Made by a program: the position numbers and the translations under genes
Shown here: positions 55,101 through 64,000 of the stretch, one piece after another
Layout of the letters: each line of letters begins with the position of its first letter
Numbering within the stretch: position 1 is the stretch's first letter
Source of the DNA: Eledone cirrhosa
Taxonomy: Eukaryota
DNA: 64,000 nt
Assembly: GCA_964016885.1 (NCBI GenBank)
Contig: OZ024743.1
Span: forward strand, 83,886,001-83,950,000
Direction of reading: 5' to 3'
The notes under the pieces: model-generated
Database searches by the model: none
Told to the model about the DNA's origin: nothing
Seen by the model: the letters and a program-made list of their open reading frames with translations, nothing else

Positions 55101-58100
55101 CAACCTACATTATCACTACCACAACGAACACTATCACTGCCACAACCTACACTATCACTACCACAACCTACACTAACACTACCACAACCTACTTTCCCAC
55201 TACCACTACCTACACTATCACTACCACAACCTACACTATCACTGCCACAACCTACACTATCACTGCCACAACCTACACTATCACTAACACAGCCTACACT
55301 ATCACTACCACAACCTACACTAACACTACCACAACCTACTTTACCACTACCACAACCTACACTGTCACTATCACAACCTACATTATCACTACCACAAAAA
55401 ACACTATCACTACCACAATCAACACTATCACTACCACAACCTACACTATCACTACCACAACCTACACTATCACGACCACAACATACACTATCACTACCAC
55501 AACCTACACTATCACCACCACAATCTACACTATCACTACCACAATCAACACTCTCATTACCACAACCTACACTATCACTACCACAACCTACACTGTCACT
55601 ACCACAACCTACATAATCACCACCACAACCTACATTATCACTACCACAACCTACACTATCACTAACACAACCTACACCATCACTACCACAACCAACACTA
55701 TCACTATCACAACCTACACTATCACTACCACAACATACACTATCACTACCACAACCTACACTATCACTACTACAACCAACACTATCACTACCACAACCTA
55801 CACCACCACAACCAACACTATCACTACCACAACCAACACTATCACTACCACAACCTACACTATCACTGCCACAACCTACATTATCACTACCACAACCAAC
55901 ACTATCACTACCACAACCTACATTATCACTACCACAACCTACACTATCACTACCACAACCGACACTATCACTGCCACAACCTACATTATCACTACCACAA
56001 CCAACACTATCACTACCACAACCAACACTATCACTACCACAACCTACACTATCACTACCACAACCTACACTATCACTGCCACAACCTACATTATCACTAC
56101 CACAACCTACACCATCACTACCACAACCTACACAATCACTATCACAACCTACACTATCACTACCACAACCAACACTATCACTACCACAACCTACACTATC
56201 ACTACCACAACCTACATTATCACTAACACAACCTACACTATCACTGCCACAACCTACATTATCACTACCACAACCTACACCATCACGACCACAACCTACA
56301 CTGTCACTATCACAACCTACACTATCACTACCACAACCAACACTATCACTACCACAACCTACACTATCACTACCACAACCTACATTATCACTACCACAAC
56401 CTACACTATCACTACCACAACCTACATTATGACTACCACAACCAACACTATCACTACCACAACCAACACTATCACTACCACAACCTACACCATCACTACC
56501 ACAACCAACACTATCACTACCACAACCTACACCATCACTACCACAACCAACACCATCACTACCACAACCAACACTATCACTACCACAACCTACACCATCA
56601 CTACCACAACCTACACCATCACTACCACAACCAACACTATCACTACCACAACCTACACCATCACTACTACAACCTATACCATCACTACCACAACCAACAC
56701 TATCACTACCACAACCTACACCATCACTACCACAACCAACACTATCACTACCACAACCTACACTGTCACTACCACAAACTACACTATCACTACCACAACC
56801 TACACTATCACTACCACAACCTACACTATCACTACCACAACTAACACTATCACTACCACAACCTACACTATCACTACCACAACCAACACTGTCACTACCA
56901 CAACACTATCACTAACAGAACCAACACTATCACTAACACAACCAACACTATCACTACCACAACCTACACTATCACTACCACAACCAACACTATCACTAAC
57001 ACAACCTACACTATCAATACCACAACCTACATTATCACTACCACAACGAACACTATCACTGCCACAACCTACACTATCACTACCACAACCTACACTAACA
57101 CTACCACAACCTACTTTCCCACTACCACAACCTACACTATCACTACCACAACCTACATTATCACAACCACAACCTATACTATCACTACCACAACCTACAC
57201 TATCACTGCCACAACCTACACTATCACTACCACAGCCTACACTATCACTACCACAACCTACACTAACACTACCACAACCTACTTTACCACTACCACAACC
57301 TACACTGTCACTACCACAACCTACATTATCACTACCACAAACAACACTATCACTACCACAACCTACACTATCACTACCACAACCTACACTATCACGACCA
57401 CAACATACACTATCACTACCACAACCTACACTATCACCACCACAACCTACACTATCACTACCACAACCAACACTCTCACTACCACAACATACACTATCAC
57501 TACCACAACCTACACTGTCACTAACACAACCTACATAATCACTACCACAACCTACATTATCACTACCACAACCTACACTATCACTACCACAACCTACACC
57601 ATCACTACCACAACCAACACTATCACTATCACAACCTACACTATCACTACCACAACCTACACTATCACTACTACAACCAACACTATCACTACCACAACCT
57701 ACACCACCACAACGAACACTATCACTACCACAACCAACACTATAACTACCACAACCAACTCTATCACTACCACTATCAACACTATCACTACCACAACCTA
57801 CTTTACCACTATCACTACCACAACCTACACTGTCACTACCACAACCAACACTATCACTACCACAACCTACACCATCACTACCACAACCTACACTGTCACT
57901 ACCACAACACTATCACGACCACAACCTAGTTATCACTACCACAACCAACACTATCACTAACCCAACCCACACTGTCACTACCACAACCTACTCTATCACT
58001 ACCACAACCTACAACATCACTACCACAACCAACACTATCACTACCACAACCAACACTATCACTACCACAACCAACACTATCACTACCACAACCAACACTA

Positions 58101-61100
58101 TCACTACCACAACCTACACTGTCACTAACACAACACTGTCACTACCACACCCTACACTATCACTACCACAACACAAACTATCACTACCACAACCTACACT
58201 ATCACTACCACAACCAACACTATCACTACCACAACCAACACTATCACTACCACAACCTACACTATCACTACCACAAACTACACTATCACTACCCCAATCT
58301 ACACTATCACTACCACAACCAACACTATCACTACCACATGCTACATTATCACTACCACAACCTACACTAACACTACCACAACCAACACTATCACTACCAC
58401 AACATACACTATCACTACCACAACCTTCATTGTCACTACCACAACCTACACTATCACTACCACAACCTACACTATCACTACCACAACCTACATTATCACT
58501 AACACAACCTACATTATCACTACCACAACCTACACTATCACAGCCACAACCAACACTATCACTATCACAAACTACACTATCACTACCACAACCTACACTA
58601 TCCCTACCACAACCTACACTATCACTACCACAATCTACACTATCACTACCACAACACTATCACTACCACAACCTACACTATCACTACCACAACCTTCATT
58701 ATCACTAACACAACCTACATTATCACTACCACAACCTACACTATCACTGCCACAACCAACACTATCACTACCACAACCTACACTATCACTACCACAACCT
58801 ACACTATCACTACCACAATCTACACTATCACCACCACAATCTACACTATCACTACCACAACACTATCACTACCACAACCTACACTATCACTATCACAACC
58901 TACACTATCACTACCACAACCTACACTATCACTACTACACCTACACCATCACTATCACAACCTACATTATCACTACCACAAACTACACTATCAGTATCAC
59001 AACCTACACTATCACTACTACAACCAACACTATCACTACCACAACCTACATTATCACTACCACAAACTACACTATCACTACCACAACCAACACTATCACT
59101 ACCACAACCTACATTATCACTACCACAGTCTACATTATCACTACCACAACCAACACTATCACTACCACAACCTACATTATCACTACCACAAACTACACTA
59201 TCACTACCACAACCTACACTATCACTACCACAACCTACACTATCACTACCACAATCTACATTATCACAACCACAATCAACACAATCACTACCACAACCAA
59301 CACTATCACTACCACAACCAACACTATCACTACTACAACCTACACTATCACTACCACAATCTACACTATCACTACCACAATCTACACTATCACTACCACA
59401 ACACTATCACTACCACAACCTACACTATCACTACCACAACCTACATTATCACTAACACAACCTACACCATCACTACCACAACCAACACTATTACTACCAC
59501 AACCAACACTATCACTATCACAAACTACACTAACAACACCACAACCTACACTATCACTACCACAACCTACACTATCACTGCCACAACCAACACTATCACT
59601 ATTACAAACTACACTATCACTACCACAACCTACACTCTCACTACCACAATCTACACTATCACTACCACAATCTACACTGTCACTACCACAACCTACACTA
59701 TCACAACTTACACTGTTACTACCACAACCTACACTATCACTACCACGACCTACACTATCACTATCACAAACTACACTATCACTACCACAACATACACTAT
59801 CACTACCACAACCTTCATTGTCACTACCACAACCTACACTATCACTACCACAACCTACATTATCACTACCACAACCTACATTATCACTACCACAACCTAC
59901 ACTATCACTGCCACAACCTACACTATCACTACCACAATCTACACTATCACTACCACAACACTATCACTACCACAACCTACACTATCACTACCACAACCAA
60001 CACTATCACTCACACAACCTACATTATCACTACCACAACCTACACTATCACTACCACAACCTACACTATCACTACCACAAACTACACTATCACTACCACA
60101 ACCAACACTATCACTACCACAACCTACTACAACACTACCACAACCTAGTTATCACTACCACAACCTACACTATCACTACCACAATCTACACTATCACTAC
60201 CACAACCTACACTATCACTACCACAAACTACACTATCACTATCACAACCTACATTATGACTACCACAACCTACACTATCACTACCACAACCTACACTATC
60301 ACTATCACAACCTACATTATGACTAACACAACCTACACTATCACTACCACAACCAACACTATCACTACCACAACCTACACTATCCCTATCACAACCTACA
60401 CTGTCACTACCACAACCTACACTATGACTACCACAACTTACACTGTTACTACCACAACCTACACTATCACTACCACAACCTACATTATCACTACCACAAC
60501 CTACACTATCACTACCACAACCTACATTATCACTAACACAACCTACATTATCACTACCACAACCTACACTATCACTTCCACAAACAACACTATCACTACC
60601 ACAACCTACACTATCACTACCACAACCTACACTATCACTACCACAATCTGCACTATCACTACCACGACACTATCACTACCACAACCTACACTATCACTAC
60701 CACAACCTACATTATCACTAACACAACCTACATTATCACTACCACAACCTACCTTATCACTGCCACAACCAACACTATCACTAACACAACCTACATTATC
60801 ACTACCACAACCTACACTATCACTGCCACAACCAACACTATCACTATCACAAACTACACTATCACAAACTACACTATCACTACCACAACCTACACTATCG
60901 CTACCACAACCTACACTATCACTACCACAATCTACACTATTACTACAACTACACTATCACTACCACAACCTACATTATCACTAAGACAACCTACATTATC
61001 ACTACCACAACCTACACTATCACTGCCACAACCAACACTATCACTACCACAACCTACACTATCACTACCAAAACCTACACTATCACTACCACAACCTACA

Positions 61101-64000
61101 CTATCACTACCACAATCTACACTATCACTACCACAACCTACACTATCACTACCACAACCTACACTATCACTACCACAACCTACACTATTACTACCACAAC
61201 CTACACTATCACTACCACAATCTACACTATCACTACCACAACCTACACTATCACTGCCACAACCAACACTATCACTATCACAACCTACATTATCACTACC
61301 ACAACCTACACTATCACTGCCACAACCAACACTATCACTATCACAAACTACACTATCACTACCACAACCTACACTATCACTACCACAATCTACACTATCA
61401 CTACCACAATCTACACTATCACTACCACAACACTATCACTACCACAACCTACACTATCACTATCACAACCTACACTATCACTACCACAACCTACACTATC
61501 ACTACTACACCTACACTATCACTATCACAACCTATACTATCACTACCACAACCTACACTATCACTATCACAACCTACACTATCACTACCACAACCTACAC
61601 TATCATTACCACAACCTACACTATCACTACCCAATCTACACTATCACTACCACAACCTACACTATCACTACCACAACCTACACTGTCACTACCACAACCT
61701 ACACTATCACTACCACAACCTACATTATCACTACCACAACCTACACTATCACTACCACAACCAACACTATCACTACTACAACCAACACTATCACTACCAC
61801 AACCTACATTATCACTACCACAACCTACACTATCACTACCACAACCAACACTATCACTACCACAACCTACACTATCACTACTACATTCTACATTATCACT
61901 ATCACAACCTACACTACCACTACCACAACCTACCCTCTCACTACCACAACACTATCACCACCACAACCTACATTATCACTACCACAACATACACTATCAC
62001 TACCACAACCTACCCTGGTACTACCACAACCAACACTATCACTACCACAACCTACATTGTCACTACCACAACCTACACTATCACTACCACAACCTATACT
62101 ATCACTACCACAACATACACTATCACTACCACAACCTACATTGTCACTACCACAACCTACATTATCACTACCACAACCTACATTATCACTACCTCAACCA
62201 ACACTATCACTACCACAACCTACACTATCACTACCACAATCTGCACTATCACTACCACAACACTATCACTACCACAACCTAGACTATCACTACCACAACC
62301 TACATTATCACTAACACAACCTACATTATCAGTACCACAACCTACCTTATCACTGCCACAACCAACACTATCACTAACACAACCTACATTATCACTACCA
62401 CAACCTACACTATCACTGCCACAACCAACACTATCACTACCACAACCTACACTATCACTACCACAACTTACACTATCACTACCACAACCTACACTATCAC
62501 TACCACAACCTACACTATCACTACAACAACCAACACTATCACTACGACAACCAACACTATCGCTACCACAACCAACACTTTCACTACTACAACCTACACT
62601 ATCACTACCACAATCTACACTATCTCTACAACAACCAACACTATCACTACCACAACCAACACTATCACTACCACAACCAACACTATCACTACTACAACCT
62701 ACACTATCACTACCACAACCTACACTGTCACTACCACAACCTACACTATCACTAACACAACCTACATTATCACTACCACAACCTACACTATCACTACCAC
62801 AACCAACACTATCACTACCACAACCTACACTATCACTACCACATCCTACATTATCACTTTTAACAACCTACACTACTACAACCACAACCTACCCTCTCAC
62901 TACCACAACACTATCACTACCACAACCTACTCTATCACTACCACATCCTATATTATCACTATCACAACCTACACTACTACTACCACAACCTACCCTCTCA
63001 CTACCACAGCCTACACTATCACTACCACAACCTACATTATCACTACCACAAACTACACTATCACTACCACAACCTACACTATCACTACCACAACCTACAC
63101 TATCACTACCACAATCTACATTATCACAACCACAATCAACACAATCACTACCACAACCAACACTATCACTACCACAACCAACACTATCACTACTACAACC
63201 TACACTATCACTACCACAATCTACACTATCACTACCACAATCTACACTATCACTACCACAACACTATCACTACCACAACCTACACTATCACTACCACAAC
63301 CTACATTATCACTAACACAACCTACACCATCACTACCACAACCAACACTATTACTACCACAACCAACACTATCACTATCACAAACTACACTAACACCACC
63401 ACAACCTACACTATCACTACCACAACCTACACTATCACTGCCACAACCAACACTATCACTATTACAAACTACACTATCACTACCACAACCTACACTCTCA
63501 CTACCACAATCTACACTATCACTACCACAATCTACACTGTCACTACCACAACCTACACTATCACAACTTACACTGTTACTACCACAACCTACACTATCAC
63601 TACCACGACCTACACTATCACTATCACAAACTACACTATCACTACCACAACATACACTATCACTACCACAACCTTCATTGTCACTACCACAACCTACACT
63701 ATCACTACCACAACCTACATTATCACTACCACAACCTACATTATCACTACCACAACCTACACTATCACTGCCACAACCTACACTATCACTACCACAATCT
63801 ACACTATCACTACCACAACACTATCACTACCACAACCTACACTATCACTACCACAACCAACACTATCACTCACACAACCTACATTATCACTACCACAACC
63901 TACACTATCACTACCACAACCTACACTATCACTACCACAAACTACACTATCACTACCACAACCAACACTATCACTACCACAACCTACTACAACACTACCA
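49145..64000. repeat. >14.8-kb 21-bp minisatellite (ACAACCTACACTATCACTACC) with higher-order structure
   Basis: Directly visible and continues past the window end. Confidence 0.98.

Noticed and set aside
49020-64000. Thr-rich mucin-like gene (TITTTTY repeats)
   Set aside because: Frequent frame-shifting unit variants and no signal peptide or flanking domains, so it is better explained as a satellite.
49145-64000. Telomeric repeat or CRISPR array
   Set aside because: Not TTAGGG-type and has no unique spacers. The context is eukaryotic.

Overview
Eukaryotic, AT-rich, microsatellite-saturated genomic DNA with no confidently identifiable host gene. The SINE families and the (TA)n/(ATAC)n density look like Octopus or another cephalopod, but that is an inference. 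Positions 1-49 kb are a mosaic of mobile elements inserted mostly into (TA)n or (ATAC)n tracts: a near-intact Dong/R4 LINE (RT + CCHC + REL endonuclease), four copies of a ~610-bp R4-derived non-autonomous element, three 5'-truncated Penelope-like elements (PLEs), L1/Tx1 and RTE fragments, tRNA-derived SINEs, a non-autonomous Helitron and MITE remnants. Positions 49.1-64 kb are a 21-bp minisatellite with higher-order duplications. The most striking signal is about 20 type I hammerhead ribozyme (HHR) motifs, found by eye, in many unrelated small non-coding elements. These occur as fold-back palindromes with a one-sided tail, as ~480-510-bp units with short terminal redundancy, and as a 467-bp tandem array with a head-to-head inversion. 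Together they suggest a diverse community of retrozymes/PLE derivatives targeted to (TA)n, possibly via circular RNA templates. Most listed ORFs are microsatellite artefacts. All RNA folds and identities were assessed manually and none were computed.
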